A model generated the notes under the pieces. It ran no database searches, was not told the DNA's origin, and was given only the letters and a program-made list of their open reading frames with translations. A program made the position numbers and the translations under genes. 64,000 nucleotides of DNA. Source: Ruditapes philippinarum (lineage: Eukaryota). Below are positions 14,101 to 27,070 of this stretch, in pieces. Where the stretch lies: positions 62,001 through 126,000 of the forward strand of contig NW_026863230.1 of the NCBI RefSeq assembly GCF_026571515.1, in the 5' to 3' direction. The first letter of the stretch is position 1; each line of letters starts with the position of its first letter.

Positions 14101-14498
14101 TCTTGTACCGTGGGTGTAATTGTAAGCTGAAAGCTTAAATAAAGTTATTATCATAACGTATTTTCGGCCAATATACACTTTGACTTTTTTCTACAAATTA
14201 AAGTCATATGTTTGTGTCAATTGTTTTATTTAGGTAAAATTGATAATATCTGTCATATGTTTGTGCCAATTGTTTTATTCATGTAAAAAGAATAAAATAT
14301 TATGGAATATGGTAGATTATGCAAGAACAAATGTTTAACATTTGTTTGCGGTTTAGATCGGAATATCCGTCCCTAGGGAACCCGCCAATGGGCGGATCCC
14401 CTCGGATCGTATATTCCGATCCGAACCGCAACATATGACAGATATTATCAATTTGTTTATTTAAGCTTTCAGCTTACAAATACACCCACGGTACAAGA
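14101..14498. repeat. Nested palindrome: inverted duplication flanking a Crypton-type hairpin (14344-14432)
   Basis: 14101-14143 is the inverse of 14456-14498, and 14241-14262 is the inverse of 14429-14450. The inner hairpin is gcggtttagatcggaatat...atattccgatccgaaccgc. Confidence 0.7.
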
Positions 14499-17164
14499 CA
14501 GCACTTTTCTGACGCAGAATAGATATGTAGAGCTGCAAAATTTGGCTGTTTGCGAAAAATTGAAAGATCTTGTAGAAGCAAAATAAATTGGAAAACAAGT
14601 AGAATTTAAATGATTGGTCGATTTAAAATAAATCTTAGACATAGACAGATGTAAAAAAAATAGTTCCATTGCGCCGAGAATATGTCCATATAAATATTGG
14701 TGGGAATCGCACTGTTTGAATGATTTTGAGGACGAACTGTTCTGTTATTTTACAAATAGCAAAAGTATGTCTGTAATATCAAATAATAGTTATGAATAAA
14801 TTGTTAAATATAATCAATTTCTAGTTAAAGAAAAAACTACCTAATTTAACAAAAGATTGCAAATTTGCATTGTAGGTCTTCTGTAACTTAATGGTTAAGC
14901 TAAGCGTACTTTTCTTTTACGATTGAGAGAGAACCGCCTCTCTGATAGAATGCGTGGTTAAGGCTTTGTAACTGGTAATTTAATGATTCGTTCTTATGTC
15001 GCAGGGAAGTGATATTGATCATAGTTGTCCTGGTTCCCTTTCCCCCGTCAACGAAGACTTAATGCTAGCATACAGAGTAAGCATCATATTACATTTGGTG
15101 TATTTAAACAGAAGCTGAGCAAATGAAGTAAGTGACCTCAATCGTTACCTCTCTCAACTGTTTAAGAACGATCTACTATAGACTAGCTCTTTGGCACGTT
15201 ATTTATTAGGTAAATACAATTAGATAATGATAAAAAGAATATGACATACAGACATGACACTATCACTTCTCTTAAACGTTATTTTTAATTCCTTAAAGCT
15301 CGGTGACATGTTGTACATCAGAAAAGCTTTTTATAAGAAAATTTGAAAACAGTGTTATTTTGTTAAAATAAAAAAAAAGATACACAAAATCAAGTCTAAA
15401 TTCTCCCCATTGCTAAATAGACAAATGCATATCAACAAGACTACCAGACGCCGCTTTAGTATTTAGACTCTCTAAAAGGATAACTACACGGGTCGTGACA
15501 GGCTGTAAAATTCGTTTGCTGCGAAACTTGTGGTTAATGGGTGATTAAAATCAGAAATATTTCCGGACTGACATACAAATTATTTTGAATATTGATCGAA
15601 CTGACAGGTTTAGTTGTCCCTGAATGTATCAAAAGCGTTAGTTCACAAATGTTGATAATTTCTTGTCGTCAAGAAAATTTCTCGTCGAACGGTACAAATA
15701 ATATGCAGTCGTCAAGTAGAAAATAATATTTATATTAAACAATTGATGAAAGTATAAAATTAATATGTCTGTCCCATGAATTCAACCTTAATTCTTTTAG
15801 GCCTTATATATGTCGTTGAATTTTATTAAAACTCCTAGTTTTGAGAACTTGATTTGCATTTCCACATCTAAAAAGCGTTCATTAAACTATAATAAACCCT
15901 CATCGGCTTGATAAAATTATCCTTGGAATTGTTAAAATATTCAAAATATTGCGCAAAATTACCAGCAAGTATACCTGTTTATCTTTATGAGTAACATATT
16001 TTCATACTTTCCAGTATATTTCAGCATAATGATTATGAAGACAAGCCTCGGACATTTCTTGAGAGTGTTTTCTCTTCTATATACTCGTATATATACTTTC
16101 TGTTTGAAGCAGATTTATTTTGTAAATTCCGCCGTAGTTTTACATAGTTCTTATCAATTACTATGGTTTCATTTCGGTTTACCATATACTCATTATTACC
16201 AGCATCAAATTGTTTTCCTTACGTGTTAAAATCGTTTGAAAATTATAAGACGCCGCGTTCGCGCGACAGCTAGTAGATATACATTTGTCTTTTCAGCAAT
16301 AAGGATTTTTTTTTATTTTATTTTATTTTCTTGTTTTAACAAAATGACACTGTTTGCAAATTCTCTAATAAAATACAACATGTTACCGAGCTTGAAGCAT
16401 TAAAATTAACGTTTAACTAAAGTGATAGGGTCATGTTTGAATATTATATTTTTTTATAATTATCTAATTTGTTTTACCTTATAAATAACGTGTCAATGAG
16501 CCAGTCTTTATTCTAATGACAGGAAAAAAATTCTGTCAGGAATCAAAAGGTTTGACTAAAATACGCCACGGAGATTTTTTTGGCGCTACGGGCGTAACGG
16601 TAATGTTTTTTTGCAAAACAAGCAAAACGTGTGCTTATTCGTGAAAATAATTAACATTAAAGTCATAAAACAGAAATTATTAAGTGAAAAAGTAAGTTTG
16701 GTTTTAAAATGTATCACAATTATTTGTGGATTTAAAAAACTATCGAACATATTTATAAGCGATTGACTACCAAACATATAATTAATTAAGCTACAGCCAT
16801 AACTACCAATATAAGTGTAATTGCAGGCGGCGGCATTCTGTCCGATTCGACCATTCATATTATATAGGCCTCTATCTCTGCAAATTTCTATAAGATGTTT
16901 ACCGTTCTAATCAATAACTGTGTCTTAGAATGATCTAAAATTAACTTGCACATTATCTTCAGCAAGTTATTAATGTAAAATAAGCATGCATACGACTCAT
17001 TTTGCACATTGAACAATTTTTTAAAAATTCAAGCCATAATAGATCCGACACTGTCACTTTCCTTATGCCTCTTAACCTTCATCGGGAGGCATACAGATTT
17101 TGCGCCGTCCTTCTCTCCAAATTTGTGTCCGCACCGTAACTTTGTCATTTATAGGTGGATTTTA

Positions 17165-18062
17165 CCAGCAAGTACACCAGTATTAAAAGGGGTTATGACC
17201 CTACTATTTTAAGATATACCGCTTCCTTAGTGTTCACACCATTTACAGTTGGACAGCTTTCCTCTTTTGAATACATCTGACGGACCAAGTGAGAGACTCT
17301 ATGATGGACAGTTCTTAAAGCCCTTTGGGACCCTTAATGTTCGTCTTCTGTCTTGCTTTGTCGGGCCCTTATAGGTGATAGTCTTGTTGCTCTGTCTTCC
17401 TTTAAGACATTGAGTACTTTTGTTATGGTCATTGGATTTTCTTTTGTATGTTTCTACGTGAGCATTTCCATGTTTTACTTATTTCACCTTTTGTAACCAT
17501 GACAACTGTTAGAATTTCACTTAGCGGGGATTCATTTTATTTATACTGTCTCGTTTATAGGAACATGGTGGGGCTAAGAGTGAGGTTTTGTGCACCATTA
17601 ACCGTTGTAAACTCCCAAGCAGTATTTATGCTGCTGACCGATCCAAGGCGGCAACCCTCTGTGTTCCTCAGATGTTTGTCTATGCTGTTTTATACTGTTT
17701 TGGTGACACTTTTGTGTCTATTGCTGTTTTCTCGTCTGCGGTAAGTATCTTCCCCTTTGCCCCTAGATTTTATTTATACTATTCCCTCCTCCTTCCCTGT
17801 GTCTCGTCCCCTTCCCCTGTGTCTTTTGACTTTATGAGCCTAATATTCAATCATTTATTTGTTTTCTTTTAGTTCCTTATCAGTTACGTATTATTTATTC
17901 TTAGGTAGTGGTTGCTTGCCCGTGCTCTGCCATGTGCCCTTTCATGTTTTTGTTTGCAGTCCATCTGGGCTCCTTGCCGCTGGCTCTTGTTGCTGGGTCG
18001 GGTGGGGGCTGCGTTCATTGAACGCCGCCTTTCCTTGATGATATTGTTTTTCATATTTTAAA
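17165..18062 (+). mobile_element. Penelope-like retroelement 3' end (ORF C-terminus plus 3' UTR), inserted into a HINE-like element (about 17084-18690)
   Basis: Translates IKRGYDPTILRYTASLVFTPFTVG..., resembling the C-terminus of mollusc PLE RT proteins. It is followed by the shared UTR with ctgaccgatccaaggcgg and the ctgcgttcattgaacgccgcctttccttg end. Confidence 0.6.
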
Positions 18063-18897
18063 TGACTTTGTATCAATGTGTAGCGCAGGATTAAGCCCTG
18101 TTGTTCAATGATCAATGACCTCAAATGACATATTCCATAGATATACAATGATGTTTGCGTCCGGTCAACAATTCTGCCTGGATTGATTAAAAAAAACTAA
18201 ATATAAATGTTTTAAACATTATCATGAGGTGTCACGTGCAAGAATTAGTTCCCTAGCTAAAGGATTATGGTCACGGTTGAAGACCAAAAGTCATGATACG
18301 AATTTTATAATTCTTTCATTCCTGGATATATTGAAAGTTACAAAGCATAAATGTGTTAATTATTAAGACAGCGTGCTGTGCGCAATAATCAGATACCGAG
18401 CTCAAAATTAAAGGTCACACTTGTATTCATTACGTGTGTTTTTTTCTTAACGTTCACTGATAGCTATAATTTATGTCAAAATAGTACACCGATGGTTATG
18501 TCAGATCATATCTTTGTCATTCATTCATGGGTGCAGATTTTAAATAATTGGGCACACTGAAAATATTAGAAAGTATTTGATAATGTTTCTTTATTCCTGT
18601 TGCACTCGTTTTATAGAAACAAAGGTCATGGTTCATCTAATGGGCGCTGCTTGATGAAGGCATTTGTTTCTTTCGGACGACAGATTTTTATTTAATAATA
18701 TTTACGTTTTTGTAACAGTATATACCGCTAGAGTTGCGTAATTTAACTTTGCGGTGTAAATTTCAATTTATAGAACTAGGATAGTTTTTTTCGACACATC
18801 TCCCATCAAGTCTCCGTCAAAAATACAAAATCATGTTCTTTAAAATGTCTTAAAGTTGTTTTATTTGTTGACGATAATTTTACAAAAGAGAATATCA

Positions 18898-19200
18898 GAA
18901 TCCCTTAAGAAAGCCCAACACGGCAAAATTGAAAATGCAGACTCGGTTTGATTGAGCCTGTTTATGGAGGTACTGTTAAGCAGAATTTTGAATTTTGAAA
19001 CATCAGCAGATGTGTTCATATGGCTGTTATCATGCAACATTCAATGTGAGACACGTAAGTGCCATTCCATGAAAAGCGGCATATGGTCCCCAAATAAAAA
19101 ACATTCGTGTGTCTTAAACGAGAAAACAATGGGTGGAAATAAATAAAATGGGTGGAAATAAATAAAATGGAATTTTGAAAGGGGTTCAGAGATTATGAAG
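18898..19200 (+). repeat. Unclassified interspersed repeat 'Y'; other copies at 25690-26040 (+), 47679-47865 (-), 53375-53550 (-) and 54925-55110 (+)
   Basis: Shared agaatccct(t)aagaaagcccaacacggcaaaattgaaaatg...gca(g)(a/g)ctcggtttgattgagcctg...ttaagcagaatt sequence. Confidence 0.8.
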
Positions 19201-20769
19201 CCTGCATAACACAGATAAGTTGTTAAAAGACAAATTTAAAAAGGCAGGCCACATATCCTCAGGGTGATTCAAAAATATTCCAGTGAGGAATTCTGGAACC
19301 ACCCAACAAGAAAATAGCCGAAAAAAAGAACTAAATTACAACAAGTACAACAATAATGTCGTGCTGAACGACCATTTAGGATCGGAAATATAACATCTCT
19401 GACTCGGAGTTCAACAATTTAATCGCATGATATAAAATTTGTCGCTCCAAGATGTCCTTTCTAAACACTGCAGTGTCGGCTCTCCTATAACAAGCTAAGT
19501 GCGTAAGAAATAGGAAAACAAAGAGAGTTCGGTGAACGACTGCGTATAATTCATACCGTTGGGCGATGCATGGGACGGTGAATGTTATCTACATTTGTGT
19601 TAACTTAAAAAGACTTCTTCACATTCAAGGCAATTAAAGCTGTCACTTTAACGTTTATTCAAAATGTTATGCCAGTCCGAAAATTCGTCTGCTTTAACTG
19701 TGACATTCGCAAGAGACCCGACGCGTGCAGCTATCTTTTTGAAGATTCCAAAATATTATTTTCTAGGCTGAGATATTTTCCTGTCTTGATTGACCCCATA
19801 GCATGTACAATACAGATTGTACGCTTTTTAATGATCTTTTCTACGTTACCCTGATCACGGATATGTTTTCTTAGCAACTGTGTGTACGATCTTTTCATTG
19901 ATAATGACCCCAGTCGATGAACTTAGTGTACATAAAACTCATCAAATATCCAAACAAAAATCCTTTCAATAAAGTATTCTCTTTTCTATGATCTCACAAC
20001 CTATGAAAAAAATGTAGACCATCTAGATCTATGCTTTGAAATGCGAACTGTTTCATGAATTAATTGTGATCATTTAATGTCTGTTTTACCCAATCTACTA
20101 GATGATCTTTGTTATTTATTTTTGAAGTTATTCTTTACGTGAGCATTACCAACACATGGATCATGTTTGTCTTATTTATTGCATTTTTAGCTTGTCGACT
20201 GCAAATATAGTTGAAAAACTATAAAATTATTTTTCTGGTGATATGTTCGCGACGAAAATCCGATAATGCACCGTTTTGCGCTTTGTCGTGCTTTCGCTAG
20301 CAACAACACAACGCACAAAAGTGTTCAAAATCAGACACCATATCAAATAGTTTCAATTTACATTTCATTTGTTCACCAATACATTTTTATGCTAAACAAT
20401 CGCAAAGATTTACTTACCATCAAGCAATATCGATACTATGTTATCTGTGTAACAGAAACTATTTGATGACAATTTTATTATTTCCAAATTGTAACAAACT
20501 ACTCATACAATGTACATTTTATAATTTCTTTATTTAGTAAAAGTAGAATATCAAACACCAAAAATACCAAAGGTAATAAATTATTATATACAAATGTGTA
20601 AAGAAAAGCTTACTACATATTACATTATAAAGAACACAAAGCAAAGTACCCCCCCCCTATTTGTTTGTTAATGTTCAATAGAAGCTAAAATGATTTTATA
20701 ACCAAATCAACGGTTGTTGTGTTGTGTTAATATTCTGTTGATAAGAGATTCACGACTCAATGGAGCCGG

Positions 20770-20857
20770 AAAGTGATAATCGGCCCGCTATATAAATGAT
20801 GGCTCAAGGGGCATCAGCTCGAGAATCATAATTTATTCAGGTCCGATTATCACTTTT
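20770..20857. mobile_element. Degenerate Crypton-type hairpin
   Basis: aaagtgataatcggccc...ggtccgattatcacttt inverted arms. Confidence 0.5.
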
Positions 20858-22326
20858 TGATACGTATCTGACATATATTAAGTCTTTAATACATTTGTTA
20901 ATACATAAAAAAGATTTTGTAATTATTTTAATATTTCTGTCGTTTCAATCCATAACTTTCTGTAAAACAGAGTTGCAAATCAACTCGCATTTCTAACTAC
21001 AACTTTTGTGCCTTTTTGCCTTTTTTCGACTGTGTTTAAGTAACAATATCATAAAGTCAATGCATCCTTTCTTTAACACTGCCAAGTCTGTTTTGATAAC
21101 GTCAAATGTGACGTTTTTGCACATGTTTATATTCAGACTGTGTATTATTATGAAATTTCTGCCCCGTGCCACAAACTCATGATACATTTATAACTTGTTG
21201 AAATCATCAAAGCGTTCGTTAATTTTTATACATGTGAATAAATAAAGGATTAAAGGATATTGAATGAGAGAAGGATACCGAATTCATTTAACGAGTGAAT
21301 ATACTTTTATTATGTGTGACTCTGGTGAGAGCAAAATTTTACCCAAAGGGCTAAACAAAATAAGTAATAAAGCTATACGAATGTACTTTTATATTTATCA
21401 CATAGCCACAATATATAAAAGTTTACAATAAAATAAGAATAATTTATGATCATTGATACCATTATACTATTATGCTTATATTAAGCTTACGTTAACGCTA
21501 TGTTTGTATAACACAAATGACGTCACGTCAAAATTTCTTTACATATCTATACAGTCGGAAAAGCGATACGGGTATGTGGTTTAAACATATTTTTATTCAG
21601 ATAATATATACATGTTAATAATTTACAATTTAAGCAGAAAGGAATTGGACCGAGAGCTACAATAGCTCATAGTAGTCCTCTCCTTTAACAAAAGCAATTT
21701 GTTTACATAATATATGGCTTATTATAATTTTAATTAAACCCTTTAAAGAAAAAAAACGAAGAAAGAATAAAAAAATAATTACAAATACATGTATGCAATT
21801 GAAAGAAAATAATAAAGAGAAAGATGGAGAAAAGAGGAGTTTGCGGATGTTTCTATATCATTTGTCGTTTTGGTACGAACATCATTTATGGAAAAAAAAA
21901 CTTGTGTGAACACTATGTTCACACAATACGGGTATGTGATATAGTGTTTCAAAATTATACGTTCGGTTTGTTCCTTTTTTTATTCTAGTTGTATCAAACT
22001 TAACTTATTGTGCAGCTGTCAGAGAAAATGTCAGGTTTCTTGTTAGAACGTTATTCTGTTGGCTTAAAAGATATTACATTATGGTAATATTAGATATAGA
22101 ATTAACATGTAAAATTGATATTCTTGAGAATGTAATCATGATGAGCGTCTGCAGCTTTAAAGCAGCATAGTACAATTAGCTAAAGAAGAACAACAACTTT
22201 CAAGAACAAAAGCAGCAATAGCAGCCTTTTTTAAAAAAAGGCTTGTAAAAACAGTTTTTACCTTCATTATCCTTATTTTTTTATCAACATGATGTATTTC
22301 ACAAAAGAAATGTTACTCTTTCATTT

Positions 22327-24367
22327 CTAAGGTGTGTATACGTTTACCTCACATAAAGCCATAGTAGATGCTAGTCCGTGCTGGATTTTCAAAAACTTTC
22401 CAAAAATTGTACGTTCACAATTAATTGTTACACTGTATGGTGCTTTGCTAATGGCAGGACCAAGGTAGGGGCCGCAAACTTGCCCTGTGTCATTCGTGAT
22501 GTCATAACGGTTGTTAGCAACAGATACCGTGAAATTTGTCTGGGTATGATTTGAAAAGAAATTAAAATATTTGATATATATTGGAAAGCATGACATAATT
22601 AGTTTTACATAGCTTATCAATAAAAGCTTAACAGAGAAGACCAAGACTCAATATATAATACGATTCTCAACTTATAACATGTACAATTTCATTTAATGAA
22701 TATTTTAAGATTAATAACAAAACGTTAGATTTACGAGAAATTATTTATTTTAATAATTTAAATTTATAAATATAAAAACTTTTTATCATACAACAACAAT
22801 CTGAACGTGACTTTATTTTCACTGAATTAACAGGACCTGCAGTTCTCAACAGCCCAGTATGAAAAATAAGAATCAGTGTGAGCACAGTCGTTAACGATGT
22901 TGCTTGATCGTCCATCTAGAGCTTTGCCTGCACCTAAACGTTTTCCACTTCGAGAAACCATCGTGGACGATTGCCATGGTTTACCTCCTACTAAATGATT
23001 TATTCCTGTAGATGTAACACGTTGTAAAAAATGATCATAAAATGTCTGAATTTTCAAGAAAAAGAAAAGTAACATGCAAGGTAAGTATATTTTACACTTA
23101 ATCTCAATTATTGTTGTCAAAATAAAGTATTGGCATATTCAATTATGATTAATATCATGATATTGATTTTTGACATAATAACTGATTGCAACATCCGAAT
23201 TGATCAAATAAACATATTTTCAAGATACAGAGTCGCTCTATCACTTTAGTCTCAATTTTGATAAAAATGAATATCTTTATTTTTATATAATACTGAAACC
23301 TGTGTAATTTTATATATTGTTTTATTAATTGTTTTCAAAATTGCCGAGGTTGTAAACAAGGCGATTAACTTTCCCCGTATATATCTTCATTTTATGTGCA
23401 GAGGTTTTAGCAGTTAAAATAAGACACTATAAACATGTTAAAGACATAATTATAGATGGTGAGGAATATAGAATTAAAAGATTTGCTGATGATACCTCCC
23501 TTTCCCTAAATGGTTCGGAAAAGTCACTTACTACTGCTATAAAGTTATAAAATGTGTTTTCAGAGGTTTCAGGATAAAAAGTAGAATTTGATAGGGTAAA
23601 AGATCAACTAAGACAAAATTGAAACTAACATTGGGGTAAAACATATTTTAAATTTTAGGATTGATATTTGATTGAGGGAAAATAGATATTCTATATTTGC
23701 TTTGTTTTGTCCTGAACAATCATCTTGATTTTCATTATTTCCATTCACCAGTCTAACTGTACGCGTATTGTGCTACCCTTTGATCTACTTTGACTTCCTT
23801 CCGTTAAACTGATGGGCTATTAACTATCCGATTCCGGATAGATATTCCATGTGCTCTGTTATACATAAGTTATGATACATATTAAAGTATTTGACTTTTT
23901 ATTTTTGTGTGTGCGACAGAAATGATTAAATAACATTGTAATGAAAAATGTTTTTATATTTTAAATTATTTACATTAATGACTGCTTCAGAATCTCGTCG
24001 ATGTTTTGTCCGTTATATAAAACAGGTGTCACAAAAATGTTTTAGAACGTAAAAATCAAAACACTCACCAAATTTCTTCGAAAGAAAATAGTCCAGACGT
24101 TGCTTGGTATCCCTGACTTTATATTATCTAACGGATAATAGTAAGTAATGTTGCAGTGTTGAGTTTCGTTGTGAAAATAAACAGACAGACATCCATACAT
24201 GGTATCACAAAGGCTACACACTTTTGAACAGAACTTGCTTTAAAACTAGATATGACATTTCCATTTATTTCATTGATGGAGTACAGTTCATACATAAATG
24301 ATTTTGTTGCACCAGAAGATACTATGAAAACAAGTAGATTTAGATGTATGACAATAAGCAATTTCAT
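22327..24367 (-). pseudogene. Secreted PAN/Apple + F-type (fucolectin) lectin pseudogene
   Basis: Exon 24367-24069: signal peptide plus PAN pattern SVQKCVAx/CDTMYGCLSVYFHNETQHCN, with a 1-bp frameshift. Exon 23005-22792: QSST...AGKALDG...CAHTDSYFSYWAVE/...VKIKSRSDCC, with a frameshift. Exon 22550-22327: NFTVSV...CG...INCERTIFGKFLKIQ...MALCEVNVY*, with acceptor ttttcaa in place of ttttcag. Confidence 0.85.
23343..23680 (+). mobile_element. L1/Tx1-clade LINE reverse-transcriptase fragment in an intron of the lectin pseudogene
   Basis: RGCKQGD*LSPY/IFILCAEVLAVKIR...IKRFADDTSLSLNGSEKSL...FSEVSG*KV. These are the RT motifs QGDxLSP and (Y/F)ADD, with stops. Confidence 0.85.
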
Positions 24368-24859
24368 ATTTCATAAATTGCTCAATTGTGACACTTTTAA
24401 ATGAAATTTCTTTCATCAAAAGCAACATCAAGAATTTGTTATTTAAACATAGCATGTCAAGTATTTTATCTTAGCACTGTTGTCTTTCCGTGGTCGCTGG
24501 AAAAATGAATTAGTTATAAACTAGCACGTTCGCCAAAATTATCACTAGAAAATATGGTTTAGTAAACATTGACGAGTTACCAAGTCAATTAAAGATATTT
24601 AGTGTTTTACATGGGCTAAGTAGGAATACAGAATTTGACCTGACTTTAAGTTTTTTTAATTCTTTTTCTGTTTTGTTTTTTTTTCTGTTTGAAGAATTTT
24701 GATTTCAATGTTATTTTGATTAATTGATAAAAGATGTTTATTTTCTACATGCTAAATTCATTTTTAATAACTCTTGTGTTATTGTGTCCCCTTTAAATAA
24801 GTGGGCATATTGTTTTTGCTGCTTGATGTCGTTTAGTCTGTCTGGTGATCCCCAAATCA

Positions 24860-25535
24860 AACATTTTTCAATAACTTGAGAACGCATGGGACCTAAAACT
24901 AAATAGGTGCATTGGCCTGACCTAAAACCAAATAGGTGCATTGGCCTTGGGATGTAAAGAACGTTAAGAATGAAAATACCTCAAAGGTAATGATCACGTT
25001 GACATTGTATGCCAAAACGGGGGTTAGATATTCAAAATGCCTTTCCCCCTCTAATGTCAATTGACCAGTACATAACAAAAATCGATTTAGGAGTCAATGA
25101 CTCAAAGGTCAAGGTCACATTGAGCTCGTATGTCAAAACGGTTTCGGACCAATTACTTAACACTCAATGGGCCCTTTTCTTTTAATCTGCACAGTTGCAT
25201 TGTTTTGGTAATCAAGGGCTCAAAGTTCTAATCACAATTACCTTGTTTGCAAAAGCGGTTTCCGTAAAAGAACTTGTCAATCGGTGTACCCTTCGCTTAA
25301 AACATTATAAGAGTATTGGTCTAGGGCAGTAAATTAACCTTATGTTTTAAGTGAAGGGGGTTGCGGGCTAGGGGATCAAGGTTGCCTAGAATGCCGAAAC
25401 GGTTTTCAATGAATAACACAACAACCCATAGGCCCCGGCTCTCAATCTTAATAACCGCCTGTCCTTGGGATATAGATGATCCTATTGTTTTTGGATTGAG
25501 GGATCAAAGGTCAAGGTGACTATGACTTGTATAAA
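24860..25535 (+). mobile_element. Old degenerate HINE-like tandem units
   Basis: Repeated tcaaaggtcaaggtcac / ccaaaacggtttc units at about 150-bp spacing. Confidence 0.5.
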
Positions 25536-26344
25536 TAATTTACATTTATATTTCTTTGTTCAATTAATTCTTACTAATAAACCATTATTATCTCTATGTT
25601 TCTTCACCAGTTAACAATCTCCCATTGCGTTGCTTTATTATTCTTGTTTCTTCATCATAAACACATACAATTACAAAATAGATAAATACAGAATCCCTAA
25701 AGAAAGCCCAACACGGCAAAATTGAAAATGTTGCAGGCTCGGTTTGATTGAGCCTGTTCATGGACGGTACTGGAAAGTGCAAGTTACCGTCCACGCCCCC
25801 TAGCACCGGCTTAAGCAGAATTCAACATTTAAACATGAAATAGTAAAATTTTGAATTTAGAAACATCCGCAGATGTGTTCATACGGCGGTTATCATGGAA
25901 CCTTCAATGTGACACTTCCGTGCCATTCCATGAAAAGCGGCGTATGGTCCCCAAGTAATAAAAAGCGTGTGCCCTAAACGAGAAAACAATGGGCGGAACT
26001 AAATAAAATGGAATTTTGAAAGGGGATCAGAGGTTATGAAGATATATTTATGTGATTTACACATGTTTAATTCTAACCATTATATGTAAGGAGAGGTTAA
26101 TACGTATCATTTTTAACATTTCTTAATTAAATGTGTTATATTTAATCAAATCGCTTTACTTATTGTCTGCTCAACGTTTGAGCAAATTATTATTCTTTCT
26201 TCTTTGTAGGGGCTATATTGATTTAACATACAACATAAAAAGGCAAACCTAAGAAAAAAAGGTTAAAATGTCACAGGCAATGTAGGAATCTTCTCGCGGT
26301 ATAATGTTATCTGATTCTCTACCTTAATCAATATAAAGCCGGGA

Positions 26345-27070
26345 GTTGACTTTAATCTACGATAAAAGAGATATGTTAATTTAAATATTGTAAAGCAGTC
26401 ATGTTGATGATTTTAATTAACGCAATTTATTTATTACTTACACGCTTCTTAAACAATGCTACCGCTATCATAAATTGCGTAAATATTTTACTAAGTTTTA
26501 CCATCGTAATTCAGATTAAGTTTTAAAATTTCATTGCAATTTGAAAACTCTTTTACGACTAGGTATTGACAAACTTGATTACTATGAAGATGTGGTTTAC
26601 AAACTTCGTAGGATCATGGATCATGGGTCATAGTAATTTTTCTGCTGTCTTCCTTTTAGGGTAGTGGTCATTAGGTTTCATTTTTATACATATTTACAAA
26701 GTCAGTAATGTGATTCTGGCGGGGATTATTTTTATTTACACTTTTGTGTTATTTTTTGTGTGTGTTATTAAGGAACATATTGGGGCTAAGAGTGAGATAT
26801 GATGTGCTAAAACCTGTTTAAACTGCACAGTGGTTTAACTACCACTGATCGAATTTTATTTTATTGAATTGTCCTTGACGGTATTTTCTCTCCCTTCCCC
26901 TTTCTCATTTTTTACCTCCCCCTTTCACCTTTAAAGCCCTTGTCCCTTTAATGCCCATGTGGGCCCGTTATTTCACACATTATGTGTCCCTCTCCTTTCG
27001 CCGCCCTTGGTTCCACTCCCGGTTTTGGTTTGGTGCCTTCTGTTTGCTATTTGGGTGTGTCGGTGGCTTA
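26345..27070 (+). mobile_element. Penelope-like retroelement RT-thumb fragment plus 3' UTR
   Basis: IYDKRD..., SHVDDFN*RNLFITYTLLKQCYRYHKLRKYFTKFYHRNSD*VLKFHCNLKTLLRLGIDKLDYYEDVVYKLRRI, followed by the UTR shared with 5316-5855 and 17490-18060. Confidence 0.7.

Noticed and set aside
19300-19920. Less AT-rich stretch that might be a coding remnant
   Set aside because: The frames I translated have stops and I recognised no motif; it needs a BLASTX search.
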